This document shows, one piece after another, positions 1 to 8,984 of a stretch of 38,691 bases of DNA (its first letter is position 1; the number at the start of each line of letters is the position of its first letter). Source of the DNA: Candidatus Aminicenantia bacterium. Lineage in GTDB: Bacteria > Acidobacteriota > Aminicenantia > Aminicenantales > UBA4085. The notes below the pieces were generated by a model, which was not told the origin of the DNA, did no database searches, and was given only the letters and a program-made list of their open reading frames with translations. The translations under genes were made by a program, and so were the position numbers. The stretch is from NCBI GenBank assembly GCA_041479785.1, contig JBGOYP010000001.1:1-38691 (forward strand), written 5' to 3'.

Positions 1-2135
1 AGGTCGGCCGTGCCCCGGATTTTGGATAGGGTTTTGGCGATTTCGTCGGCTTTGTCCTTGAGCACGTCCAGGTCCTCCCCGAAGAGCTTGATGATGAGCT
101 GGGCCCGGGACCCCGCGACAAGTTCGTCGATCCGGCAGGCGATGGGCTGGCTGAAAGAGAACGCCATTCCCGGAAAAGTTGCGAGCGAGCGCCGCATTTT
201 TTCGGTCAGGTCGGCCCGCGTTTTAGCCGAGGTCCACTGGTCGCGCGGCTTCAGCATGCCCACGTATCCCGTTTTCTCCACGCCGCGCGCTTCGAGAGCG
301 ATGCCCGTCTGACCGGTCCGCGAAACGATAGTTTCGAGCTCGGGGAAAGCCATCAAGGCCTGCTCGACCTTCAGGCTCATGGCGATGGAATCGGAGAGGG
401 AAATCCCGGGCAGGAACTGGATGTCCATATCGTAGGCGCCTTCGTCCATGATCGGCATGAATTCGGTGCCGAGCCGAGGGACGAGGACCAGCGCTCCGCC
501 GAGGAGCGCCGCGGCGACGGCCACGAGGACGGCCCGGTGGCCCAGGCTCCAGCGCAGGGCGGGAAGATAAACCTTCTTGGCCGCCTCGATCACGACGATT
601 TTCTTCTCCCGTCGATGCGCCTTGAGGAGCGTGTAGCAGAACGCCGGAATCGCCACGAGCGAAAGCACGAGCGACGAAAACAGGGCGATAACGTACGTGA
701 ACGCTAGAGGCAGGAACATCTTCCCTTCAATCCCCTGCAGGGCGATGATCGGGATGAAGGTCAGAGAGATGATGAGCTCGCCGAGGATGCTCGGCTTGCG
801 GACTTCCATGATGGCGTTGAAGACCGTCGCCAGCTTGGCGGCCCGGGCGTTGTTTTCGGCGAGATGCCGTTGAACGTTCTCGACCTGGATGATCGTGGCG
901 TCGATGATCATCCCGATCGAGATGGCCAGTCCGCCGATCGACATGAGGTTCGCCGATAGTCCGGCCAGCCGCATCATGACGAACGTGGCCAGCGACGACA
1001 ACGGAAGGGCGATGACCACGATGAACGCCCCGCGGAAGCTGCGAAGGAAGAGATAGAGGACGCCCACGACGAAGAGCGAGCCGAGAAGGAGGGCGTCGGT
1101 CACGGTCTGGACGCTTTTGTTGACGATGTCGGAGCGCTTGTAGAACGGACGGATTTTCACGCTCATCGGCAGGATGTCGCTCGTGTTGATCTCGTCGACC
1201 CGACGCTCGATCTGCCGGACGACCTCGCGGCTGTTGGCGCCGCGAAGCATCATGACGATGCCGCCGACGACTTCACCCTTGCCGTCCTTGACGGACGCGC
1301 CCTGCCGGACGGCCTGTCCGACCCGGACGTCGGCCACGTCGCGCATGACAACCGGCGTCCCGCCTTCAGCCTTCAGGATGATGTTTTGGACGTCGTCCAC
1401 CGATTGGAGGAGCCCGATCCCGCGGACGAGGTATTGCCGGGCGTCGCTTTCGAGGACGTTGCCGCCGACGTTGAGGTTGTTCCGTTTGAGGGCGTCGGCG
1501 ATTTCGCCGAGCGAGAGCCCGTACTTGAGAAACTTCTCCGGGTCAGCGATGACCTGGTATTGCTTGATATAGCCGCCGAAGGAATTGATCTCGTTAACGC
1601 CCGGGATGGACTTGAGGATCGGGGCCAACGTCCAATCCTGGACCGTCCGCAAGTCGGTCAGATAACGGACCTGAGCGTCCGGGTCGGAGGGCCCCGGGCC
1701 CTCTAGCGTGTATTGGTAGATTTCGCCCATGGCCGTCGAGACCGGACCCATCGTGATCTCGACCCCCGACGGGAGCTTGTCCTTGGCCTCGCTCACGCGT
1801 TCGTGGACGAGCTGGCGGGCGAAATAGATATCGACGCCGTCCTCGAAGACGACCGTAATGACCGAGAGGCCGTATTTCGAGACCGACCGGAGCTGGGCCA
1901 GGCGCGGCAGGCCGCGCATCGCCATCTCGACCGGATAGGTGACGAACTTTTCGACTTCGAGAGGCGCGAGCCCCGGCGCCGAGGATAGGACCTCGACCTG
2001 GATATTGGTCACGTCGGGGAAAGCGTCAATCGGGATTTTCAGGAACGAATAAACGCCCGCGGCGATGACGAGCGCCATGACCAGGAGGACCAGAAGGCGC
2101 TGTTTGAGGGTGAAGGAAATAATGCGTTCGATCAT
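1..2135 (-). CDS. czcA: Heavy-metal-efflux RND inner-membrane pump, CusA/CzcA family (N-terminal 711 codons; C-terminus lies beyond the window start)
   Basis: Absent from the ORF track because the window edge truncates it. Reading the reverse complement from ATG (comp. 2135-2133) gives MIERIISFTLKQRLLVLLVMALVIAAGVYSFLKIPIDAFPDVTNIQVEVLSSAPGLAPLEVEKFVTYPVEMAMRGLPRLAQLRSVSKYGLSVITVVFEDGVDIYFARQLVHERV..., the typical N-terminus of CusA/CzcA HME-RND pumps. I checked this frame triplet by triplet and it has no stop down to position 3. The start lies 2 nt after the adaptor gene stop. Confidence 0.88.
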   Translation of the reverse strand, partial: MIERIISFTLKQRLLVLLVMALVIAAGVYSFLKIPIDAFPDVTNIQVEVLSSAPGLAPLEVEKFVTYPVEMAMRGLPRLAQLRSVSKYGLSVITVVFEDGVDIYFARQLVHERVSEAKDKLPSGVEITMGPVSTAMGEIYQYTLEGPGPSDPDAQVRYLTDLRTVQDWTLAPILKSIPGVNEINSFGGYIKQYQVIADPEKFLKYGLSLGEIADALKRNNLNVGGNVLESDARQYLVRGIGLLQSVDDVQNIILKAEGGTPVVMRDVADVRVGQAVRQGASVKDGKGEVVGGIVMMLRGANSREVVRQIERRVDEINTSDILPMSVKIRPFYKRSDIVNKSVQTVTDALLLGSLFVVGVLYLFLRSFRGAFIVVIALPLSSLATFVMMRLAGLSANLMSIGGLAISIGMIIDATIIQVENVQRHLAENNARAAKLATVFNAIMEVRKPSILGELIISLTFIPIIALQGIEGKMFLPLAFTYVIALFSSLVLSLVAIPAFCYTLLKAHRREKKIVVIEAAKKVYLPALRWSLGHRAVLVAVAAALLGGALVLVPRLGTEFMPIMDEGAYDMDIQFLPGISLSDSIAMSLKVEQALMAFPELETIVSRTGQTGIALEARGVEKTGYVGMLKPRDQWTSAKTRADLTEKMRRSLATFPGMAFSFSQPIACRIDELVAGSRAQLIIKLFGEDLDVLKDKADEIAKTLSKIRGTAD

Positions 2136-2136
2136 G

Positions 2137-3246
2137 CTAGTCTTCCCCCAGCGTCTTTTTCAGCAGCTCGGACTTGAGGAAGAAGCTGCCCGTCGTCGCG
2201 ACCGCCTCTCGTTCGCCCAAGCCTTTGAGGATCTCGACGTATCCCTCAAAGGAGGCGCCGACGACCACGTCGCGGACCGCGTATGTATGGTTCTTGACCC
2301 GGACGAAAACGACCTTCTTGTTCTGAAATTCCTGAATGGCCGCGCCGGGGACCGTGAGGACGTTGTTTTTCACGGAGGCGAGGATGTCCGCTTCGACGAA
2401 CATCCCGGGACGCAACTGGCCGTCCTCGTTCTTGAGTTCCACCCGCACGTGGATCGTTCTCGTTTTTTCGTCCACGGTATTCCCGACCTGAAAAATCCGG
2501 CCCTTGAATTCCCGGCCCGGGAGGTCACTGATACCGAGAGTGATATCCGAGCCCACATGGACCGCGGGCAGGTCTTTCACATAGGCCTGCATATCCGCCC
2601 AGACGCTCGAAAGGTCGGCGATCCGGAACAGGCTTGCTCCGACCTGGATATAGTCTCCCAACGTGACGACGCTTTCGATGACCGTTCCATCGAACGGGGC
2701 CCGCACGGGAAGGAGCGTCAGGGTCGACCCCGAGCTCTCGACCTCGGCCAGTTCCGCGTCCGGGAGGTCGAAGACCCGCAGCTTATTTTTTGCGGATTCA
2801 TAGAAGGATCGTGCCGTGGCCCGTTCGGCCGGGTCTTCGACGACGCGTTTGAGCCTCTGAGCGGCTTGAAGGAAGTCCGCCTGAGTGGCTAAAAAATCCT
2901 GGCTGTAGAGGGAGAGCAGGACCTGTCCCCTCGTCACCCGGTCTCCCGGGTACGACAGGAGCTGTTCAATGCGGCCGGTTGAGCGCGAGGTCACATGGGC
3001 CAGTCGTTTGGGGTTGAAGATGACCTCCCCGGGGACATGGATCGTCCGGGTCGCCGACCGGAACACGGCCGGCTCGGTTTGGATCTCGGCTGTTTTGACT
3101 GCTTCCGGAGTCAACGTCACGACCGTCGGCGAAGCGTCTTCGGTTTTTTCGGCCGCCGATTCCGCCGCAGGCTTAGGACGGCAGGCGGAAAGTCCGGCCC
3201 CGACGGCCAGGATAACCAAGATATAAACTAAGATTGTTTTTTTCAT
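2137..3246 (-). CDS. Efflux RND periplasmic adaptor subunit (membrane fusion protein), probable lipoprotein
   Basis: 369-aa ORF. It has a signal peptide with lipobox LSAC. MFP-type motifs are present (GQVLLSLYS, VRAPFDGTVIE, GASLFRIADLS, TVPGAAI). It sits between the TolC-like gene and the RND pump with 9-nt and 1-nt gaps. Confidence 0.85.
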   Translation of the reverse strand: MKKTILVYILVILAVGAGLSACRPKPAAESAAEKTEDASPTVVTLTPEAVKTAEIQTEPAVFRSATRTIHVPGEVIFNPKRLAHVTSRSTGRIEQLLSYPGDRVTRGQVLLSLYSQDFLATQADFLQAAQRLKRVVEDPAERATARSFYESAKNKLRVFDLPDAELAEVESSGSTLTLLPVRAPFDGTVIESVVTLGDYIQVGASLFRIADLSSVWADMQAYVKDLPAVHVGSDITLGISDLPGREFKGRIFQVGNTVDEKTRTIHVRVELKNEDGQLRPGMFVEADILASVKNNVLTVPGAAIQEFQNKKVVFVRVKNHTYAVRDVVVGASFEGYVEILKGLGEREAVATTGSFFLKSELLKKTLGED

Positions 3247-3255
3247 GAGGCCTCC

Positions 3256-4506
3256 TTACTCGGACCACCCTTCTCCCGCGACCTCGAGGTCGGCCACGGA
3301 GACGAGATAGAGATAAATCGCTTTCACATGTTCGAGCTTCGCCGTCGCGTACGTCCGGAATAGGTCGAGCAGGCTAAAGAATTCGACCTTGCCGTACTCG
3401 AAATGACGGAGGCTGGCCGAAACGTCGTCTTGCATATCTTTGAGCAGCGTTTGTTCGAAGACCTGGACTTGGCTTTCCGCCGCCTTGACGCGCGCGTAGG
3501 CGTTTTCGACCCGAGCCGAGAGCCGACGCTCTTCCCGGGCCGACGAAAGGGCGGCGATCTCGCCGGCCGTCTCGGCTTCCATCACCTCGCTCTGACGTTT
3601 CGATTTCCACAGCGGAACAGAGAGCCCGAACGAAAATCCCCAAGCGCCTCCGCGCAGGCTCGGATAATAAAGGCCGAGAGAAAAGTCTGGCAAGTTATTC
3701 TTTTTAGAGAGGTTAAGCTGGCTATGGGCTTGATTTTGGCGGGACGCCAGGATCTTCAGCGAAGCACTCGAGGCGCGGGCGTCTCCCGTGATTTCGGCTA
3801 GGCTTTTGGCGAACGGAACAAAGACTAAGTCGGTCGTTAAATTCGCCGGCTCGCCGGCCGCCCGGCCCATCATCGCGTTCAGCTCCACCTTGGCCGCGGC
3901 CTCGTTCTTCTCTTCTTCGATGCTCTGGTTGCGCAGTCGCGCCTTTTCGACGCGCGCCCGGAGGATATCGCTCGCGGAGGCGGTGCCCGCCCGATACTGG
4001 ATTTCGAGGTTGGCGATCAGCTGGTCGAGAAGCTCGATTGATAAACGCAGGGCCTCGACCGTGCGCCTGGCCAGAACGGCCTTGTAATACGCTTTCTTGA
4101 CGCCGGCCGCGACGATTTTTTTAATCCGCGCGAGCTCAAGGACGGACTGCTCTTCGCCGAGCGTTCCGATCTGCCGGCGCAACGATCTTTTTCCCGGAAA
4201 TTCGAAGCGTTGTTCGACACCAAGGCTGAATTCTATTTCGGACGCGGTCTCTCGAAAGGCGAGGCCCTCGTCCCGGAAAACGATCTCCGGGTCGGCCATC
4301 GCCGTCGCTCGGAGCGTTTTGGCCGTTGCACTCCGGATCTCCATTTGAGCCAGGAGAATGTCGGAATTTCCGGTCATCGCGATCCCGACGGCTTTCTCCA
4401 GAGAGAGCCCGGATTCCTGAGCAAGGGCGCTCATGGATAGGCCGAGGACGAAAGCGGCCGCGACGACCCCGCCGGCCCGGCTTCGATATATCCTTAAACC
4501 TATCAT
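3256..4506 (-). CDS. TolC-like outer-membrane efflux protein (CzcC-type position)
   Basis: 416-aa ORF with a signal peptide (VVAAAFVLGLSMSALAQE). It begins LSLEKAVGIAMTGNSDILLAQMEIRSA, typical of the OEP family, and carries two coiled-repeat halves. It is the first of the three canonical efflux genes. Confidence 0.8.
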   Translation of the reverse strand: MIGLRIYRSRAGGVVAAAFVLGLSMSALAQESGLSLEKAVGIAMTGNSDILLAQMEIRSATAKTLRATAMADPEIVFRDEGLAFRETASEIEFSLGVEQRFEFPGKRSLRRQIGTLGEEQSVLELARIKKIVAAGVKKAYYKAVLARRTVEALRLSIELLDQLIANLEIQYRAGTASASDILRARVEKARLRNQSIEEEKNEAAAKVELNAMMGRAAGEPANLTTDLVFVPFAKSLAEITGDARASSASLKILASRQNQAHSQLNLSKKNNLPDFSLGLYYPSLRGGAWGFSFGLSVPLWKSKRQSEVMEAETAGEIAALSSAREERRLSARVENAYARVKAAESQVQVFEQTLLKDMQDDVSASLRHFEYGKVEFFSLLDLFRTYATAKLEHVKAIYLYLVSVADLEVAGEGWSE

Positions 4507-4579
4507 GTCGAACTCCTTTCGTACGGTTTTCCAGGAAAATGCGCTGGGGGGATTTGCCGGGGCTCCGGCGAGCGGAGTT

Positions 4580-5035
4580 TCAGCAGCGAAGGGTCAGGCC
4601 GGCCGGCGGAGACTGTTCCGGAACAAGGGCCCGGGGAGGCGCCGCCGGTGTCGATGAGAGGATGGGAGATATTTCAAGGATACAGGACGCGCCGCATACG
4701 GCGATTGAGTGCACGGCCGAATCGTCCTGATGGGGAACGAACGAGGAGGCCTGGACGGCTTCGGAGGGAATCGGCTCATGAAGGCAATGGGCCGGCTCCC
4801 AGAAAAAACCGGCGGCGGGGAGGCCCAGACGCTCGGTCCGATTCAGCTCCCGGCATCGTTCGCAATCATCGCACTGACATAGAGATGCCGTGATCTCGAA
4901 CTCGACGGCGGTCCGTCCGTCAGGCTTGTGGCACCAGACGGTTTGCGGAAGAACGGTTTCCAGAAGAAACAGGGAATAAAGGAGAACGAACATAACCGAG
5001 AGCGTCCGTCTGCGGATAACGCCGTCATCCTTCAT
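4580..5035 (-). CDS. Hypothetical membrane-anchored Cys/His-rich protein at the head of the metal-efflux operon (start uncertain: 5071 or 5035)
   Basis: ORF 4580..5071. One hydrophobic helix (LSVMFVLLYSLFLLETVL) is followed by WCHKPDG, CQCDDCERC, HCLHEP and VCGASC, giving 9 Cys and 5 His in 163 aa. It lies 73 bp upstream of and co-directional with the TolC-like gene. Coding status is not certain because several frames are open in this GC-rich stretch. Confidence 0.45.
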   Translation of the reverse strand: MKDDGVIRRRTLSVMFVLLYSLFLLETVLPQTVWCHKPDGRTAVEFEITASLCQCDDCERCRELNRTERLGLPAAGFFWEPAHCLHEPIPSEAVQASSFVPHQDDSAVHSIAVCGASCILEISPILSSTPAAPPRALVPEQSPPAGLTLRC

Positions 5036-5102
5036 GGCGTTCAAGGTAGCAGGGAACGGGGGCGTTGTCAATCCGTCCGGGACGAGCTACAATACCGGCC
5101 GC

Positions 5103-5765
5103 ATGCAGATCCGAGTCGGCCGCCATTCCATTCTCCTTCTGTTGCCGTTGTTCATCTCTGTCTGCTCGTCCTCTCCGCGTGGCCTCATCGTTCTCTGCGC
5201 CGGGGACAGTATCACGGCCGAGGCATATCCGCACTTCCTCCAAAGGCTCTTCAATGACGCGGGCATGAAGGCGCGTGTCCTCAACTACGGCCGGAGCGGA
5301 TTTACTTCGGGCGAATATCTTGGTTTTCTCGAGAAAAACCGGGAAAAACTGGCCGCGGAGAGGCCGGATTTCGTTCTTCTTCAGCTCGGAACAAACGATG
5401 TCCGGGCCGATGTCGACAACACGCCGGCCGACGTCTTTGCTCGCAATATGAAACGGATCATCGCGATCTTTCGCGGCTTTCGGAGCCGGGCGGATAAAAC
5501 GCCGCAGGTCCTCTTGGCCACGGTTCCCCCCGTTCCCGACGGGACGCCTCTCCCCTTCTCCCCGGAATCCTCGCGGCGGGTCACGGAGGATATCAACCCC
5601 GGGGTCCGGGCGCTATCCGCGGAGGATGGGATCCCGCTCGTCGATAATTACAGCCTTTTCCGTGAGAACCCCGGCCTGCTGCCGGGCGTTCATCCTTCGC
5701 GAGAAGGATACCAGCGCCTCGCCGAGAACTGGTTTTCCGCGCTTAAACCGTTCTTCCGGCGATAA
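5103..5765 (+). CDS. SGNH/GDSL-family hydrolase (lipase/esterase-like), secreted
   Basis: ORF 5034..5765. The likely start is M24 (ATG 5103), giving the signal peptide MQIRVGRHSILLLLPLFISVCSSS. Block I GDS is in LCAGDSITAE, block III GxND in LQLGTNDV, and block V in LPGVHPSREGY. Confidence 0.8.
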   Translation: MQIRVGRHSILLLLPLFISVCSSSPRGLIVLCAGDSITAEAYPHFLQRLFNDAGMKARVLNYGRSGFTSGEYLGFLEKNREKLAAERPDFVLLQLGTNDVRADVDNTPADVFARNMKRIIAIFRGFRSRADKTPQVLLATVPPVPDGTPLPFSPESSRRVTEDINPGVRALSAEDGIPLVDNYSLFRENPGLLPGVHPSREGYQRLAENWFSALKPFFRR

Positions 5766-5867
5766 TATATCGCGATCGTGGGCCGTCCCCGTATTCCCCC
5801 CTCCCCCTTTCGACAGGACCTCCCGGGTGAAAAGCCCGGCCGCGGGTTCCTGACCCGATTTTCCCTC

Positions 5868-5896
5868 TTGAAATCCGCCGCAATTGGTGCTAGTAT
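5868..5896 (+). promoter_or_regulatory. Sigma70-like promoter candidate for the Sm/Hfq-like-pdxA unit
   Basis: TTGAAA (5868-5873), a 17-nt spacer, then TAGTAT (5891-5896) preceded by TGC (extended -10). AGGGAG Shine-Dalgarno lies 8 nt before ATG 5950. Confidence 0.4.
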
Positions 5897-5949
5897 GATT
5901 CCAAGTCGACAGAAAATAAAAGATTCAGGGACACTTAGGGAGCATTCCC

Positions 5950-6339
5950 ATGAACAGACGACTTATCCGACCCAATTTCACCGAGATCAAGGACAAGATC
6001 AAAGCCGGCGAAGGCCTCAAACCGCCTTCTGCGCAAGGCCCTTCCCAGGGGCAACAGCAACACCAGCCGCCGCAACAAAAGAAGATCCATCCCCCGACGG
6101 ACACGTTCGCGGAAAACTACTACTATCTCAAGCAGATGAGCAAGAAGACGCCGATGGCGGTCGTCTTTAACGACGGCCAGGTCGTCGAAGGCTACATCGA
6201 ATGGTACGACCGGAATTGCATCAAGGTCAACCGCGATAATGCCCCGAACCTGCTGGTCTACAAAAGCAATATCAAGTTTCTCTACAAGCTCAGCGAAGGA
6301 AAAGACAGCCCCGAGCCGGATTCCGACAACAAGAAATGA
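5950..6339 (+). CDS. Sm-fold / Hfq-like RNA-binding protein with a ~50-aa N-terminal Q/P-rich extension
   Basis: The C-terminal half YYLKQMSKKTPMAVVFNDGQVVEGYIEWYDRNCIKVNRDNAPNLLVYKSNIKFLYK aligns by eye to the Hfq core ([54 protein letters not shown]), including the Sm2-like VYKxxI. The stop overlaps the pdxA start (ATGA). Confidence 0.55.
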   Translation: MNRRLIRPNFTEIKDKIKAGEGLKPPSAQGPSQGQQQHQPPQQKKIHPPTDTFAENYYYLKQMSKKTPMAVVFNDGQVVEGYIEWYDRNCIKVNRDNAPNLLVYKSNIKFLYKLSEGKDSPEPDSDNKK

Positions 6340-7283
6340 GGCCGCGCCGGGTCGGGGTCACTCTCGGAGATCCGGGCGGGATCGGCCCCGAGATCGTCGT
6401 AAAAGCTCTTGCCGGACCGGCGTCTTTCCCGGCGGCGCAGTTCATCCTGTTCGGCCATGCGGGTCTGGTCGAACGGGAGGAGCGCAGCGGCGGCCTGACG
6501 CTGGACCGGGCGCGGATCTCGGTCCGTGATATCGACTCCGCCGTGGCCCCCTCCAGGCGAGGTGCCGCCGACCCCGGCAACGGCCTGGCGTCGTTCCGGT
6601 TTTTCGAAGCGGCCGTCCGGGCGGCGCGGGAGGGCGAAGTGGACGCCTTAGCCACCGCGCCGATTTCCAAACACGCTTGGGCCCTGGCCGGCCTTTCCTG
6701 GCGCGGCCATACGGAATTTCTCGAGAGCCTCTACCCTGATGCGATCATGACATTCTGGTCCGAGAAAATGACCGTCGCCCTTTTTACTCATCATATTTCG
6801 ATGGCGGAGGCCGTTCGAAAAGTCACCCGGGATAATCTCGTCCGATTTTTCCTGGCCCTCTCCGGAAGCTTTGAACGGGCCCGGCCGGGGACGTATCAAT
6901 TCGTCGTTGCGGGGCTAAATCCCCATGCCGGGGAGAACGGCCTTCTCGGCCGGGAGGAAGAAGATGAAGTCGTCCCGGCCGTCGCCGAAGTCCGGGCGCG
7001 CGGCTTAAACATCCGAGGGCCTTATCCGCCCGACGTTGTTTTCCGCGAAGCCCTGGGGCATCCGGGGAAAATTGTCGTGGCCCTCTATCACGACCAGGGA
7101 TTGATCCCGTTTAAGCTGTCTTCGTTTGAAACCGGCGTGAACATTACGCTCGGCATGCCGTTCGTCCGGACATCCCCCGATCACGGAACGGCGTTTGATA
7201 TCGCGGGCCGGAACGCGGCCGACCCGACGAGCATGGCCGAAGCCATCCGCTTGGCCGTCGAGCTATCGCCGGGCCCGCTTTAG
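6336..7283 (+). CDS. pdxA: 4-hydroxythreonine-4-phosphate dehydrogenase
   Basis: Motifs GDPGGIGPEI, GHTEFL, NPHAGENG, YHDQGLIPFK and RTSPDHGTAFDIAG. Confidence 0.9.
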   Translation: MRPRRVGVTLGDPGGIGPEIVVKALAGPASFPAAQFILFGHAGLVEREERSGGLTLDRARISVRDIDSAVAPSRRGAADPGNGLASFRFFEAAVRAAREGEVDALATAPISKHAWALAGLSWRGHTEFLESLYPDAIMTFWSEKMTVALFTHHISMAEAVRKVTRDNLVRFFLALSGSFERARPGTYQFVVAGLNPHAGENGLLGREEEDEVVPAVAEVRARGLNIRGPYPPDVVFREALGHPGKIVVALYHDQGLIPFKLSSFETGVNITLGMPFVRTSPDHGTAFDIAGRNAADPTSMAEAIRLAVELSPGPL

Positions 7284-7733
7284 TTCTGCGCGTAGCTCCC
7301 TGTTCCGCTCCCGCTCCTTGATGGCCTCTTTTTTTTCGTATGTTTTTTTCCCCTTGGCCAGGGAGACTTCGACTTTGACCCGGCCCTTGGCGTTGACGAC
7401 GACTTTGGTCGGGATGAGGGTCAGGCCTTTTTCCGATATCTTCCCAGTCAGGCGCTTGATCTCCCGGCGGTGGAGAAGGAGCCGTTTCGGCCGCAGGGGG
7501 TCATGGTTGAAGCGGTTCGCGGGTTCATAGGGGCTGACATGGCAGTTGACAAGGAACACTTCGCCGCCGCGAACCTCCGAATAGCTTTCTTTGAGGCTGA
7601 TCCGGCCTTCCTTGATCGACTTGACCTCGCTCCCGAGGAGCTCGACCCCCGCCTCGAACGTTTCGATGATTTCGTATTTAAAAAACGCGGATTTGTTGGC
7701 GGCGATCGTTCGCTCCCGGCGCGGCTCAGGCAT
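7263..7733 (-). CDS. smpB: SsrA-binding protein
   Basis: 156 aa. IAANKSAFFKYEIIETFEAGVELLGSEVKSIKEGRISLKESY, then NHDPLRPKRLLLHRREI and a basic C-terminal tail. Confidence 0.92.
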   Translation of the reverse strand: MPEPRRERTIAANKSAFFKYEIIETFEAGVELLGSEVKSIKEGRISLKESYSEVRGGEVFLVNCHVSPYEPANRFNHDPLRPKRLLLHRREIKRLTGKISEKGLTLIPTKVVVNAKGRVKVEVSLAKGKKTYEKKEAIKERERNRELRAELKRARR

Positions 7734-8973
7734 GAACGGTCTCGACGCGGATGAGACTGATCTGGCGTTTGACCATTTTTTCCACGGTCAGGCGATAAGC
7801 TCCGAAATTCATGACGTCGCGTTCGCGCGGGATGCGGCCGAACTCGAAAAGGAAAAAGCCCGCGAGTGTCGTGTAGCCGGCGCTCTCGGGGAGATGGAAA
7901 CCGAGCGTTTTATTGATGTTCTTGATACTGGCCGCCCCCGTGATCACCGTGACCCCTTCGCCGGGCTGGGTGAACCAGGCCTCCTCGTCGGAATCGTATT
8001 CGTCCTGGATGTCTCCGACGATTTCTTCAAGGATATCTTCCAGGGTGACGAGGCCCTCCATGTTGCCGAATTCATCGACCACGAAGGCCAGATGGAGGGC
8101 ATTGTCGCGCATTTGCGTCAGGACGCTTTCCACGGACGCGGATTCTGGGATGAAGACAGGCTTGCGGAGGATCTTGGCCAGGACGATGTCCCGATGTTCG
8201 ACCAGGGAGGGGATGACGTCCTTCGTATGAATCAGGCCTTCGATATGATCGAGGCGTCCCCGGTAAACGGGAAGGCGGGAAAATCCTTCCGTGACTACCG
8301 TTTCCAGGATCTGTTGAGAGGTCGCCCCGATCTCGATCGCCTTGATCCGGGGACGGGGCGTCATGATATCCTTGACCGGCCTGGTCGAAATCTCGAGAAT
8401 CTCGGCGATCATGTTTTTCCTCAGGGCCGAGATCCCCGCAATCCCAGTTGTCAGGAGAGCTTTCGTCTCCTCCACCGTGATGGTGGATGGATGGCCGTGA
8501 GGCATGTTCTTCTGCGAAGGAAAGATCCGTCTCGACAGGAACGTGAAGGCTTTCACGAGGGGGTAGAACAGGATCATCAAGCCCCGGACGGCGCGGACGA
8601 GGAAAAAAGACGCCTTGAGGGGATTGTGGGCGGCATATGTCTTGGGGTTGATTTCCGAAAAAAGAAGGAGGACGAGCGTCGTCGCCGCGGTCGCCAGGAG
8701 AACCGCCTTTTCTTTGTCGTGGACGAGCGAAACGGAGATATACGTCGCCACGGACGCCGCGGCGACGTTGGCCAGAGTGTTTCCGATGAGGATGGCGGCC
8801 AGGAAATCATCGACCCGGGACAGGACTCGCTTGACCAAGCCGGCCCGTTTCGAGCCTTTCTTTTCCAGATAATCCAGCGTGAAGGGATTCGCCCCGATAA
8901 AGGCCGTTTCGGCCGAGGAGAAAAAGGCAGAGAGGATAACGAACGCCAGGAACAGAAGTATCGACGATAACAT
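7726..8973 (-). CDS. CNNM/DUF21-CBS-CorC_HlyC family membrane protein (hemolysin/Mg-Co efflux-like)
   Basis: The N-terminal DUF21 signature is FFSSAETAFIG...ILIGNTLANV. A CBS pair follows (IMTPRPRIKAIE..., GFSRLPVY), then a CorC C-terminal domain (GYTTLAGFFLFEFGRIP). Confidence 0.85.
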   Translation of the reverse strand: MLSSILLFLAFVILSAFFSSAETAFIGANPFTLDYLEKKGSKRAGLVKRVLSRVDDFLAAILIGNTLANVAAASVATYISVSLVHDKEKAVLLATAATTLVLLLFSEINPKTYAAHNPLKASFFLVRAVRGLMILFYPLVKAFTFLSRRIFPSQKNMPHGHPSTITVEETKALLTTGIAGISALRKNMIAEILEISTRPVKDIMTPRPRIKAIEIGATSQQILETVVTEGFSRLPVYRGRLDHIEGLIHTKDVIPSLVEHRDIVLAKILRKPVFIPESASVESVLTQMRDNALHLAFVVDEFGNMEGLVTLEDILEEIVGDIQDEYDSDEEAWFTQPGEGVTVITGAASIKNINKTLGFHLPESAGYTTLAGFFLFEFGRIPRERDVMNFGAYRLTVEKMVKRQISLIRVETVHA

Positions 8974-8984
8974 GGCCGAGGAGC

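Noticed and set aside
10-2892. Plus-strand ORFs 10..312, 1174..1572, 1386..1706, 1713..1988, 2065..2892
   Set aside because: They are antisense to the RND pump and adaptor genes. The minus-strand frame is open for 711 codons and carries the CzcA/CusA signature.
7591-8970. 459-aa ORF on the plus strand
   Set aside because: It is antisense to the CNNM/CBS/CorC gene, which has clear family motifs. Its composition is R/D/G-rich and I recognise no motifs.
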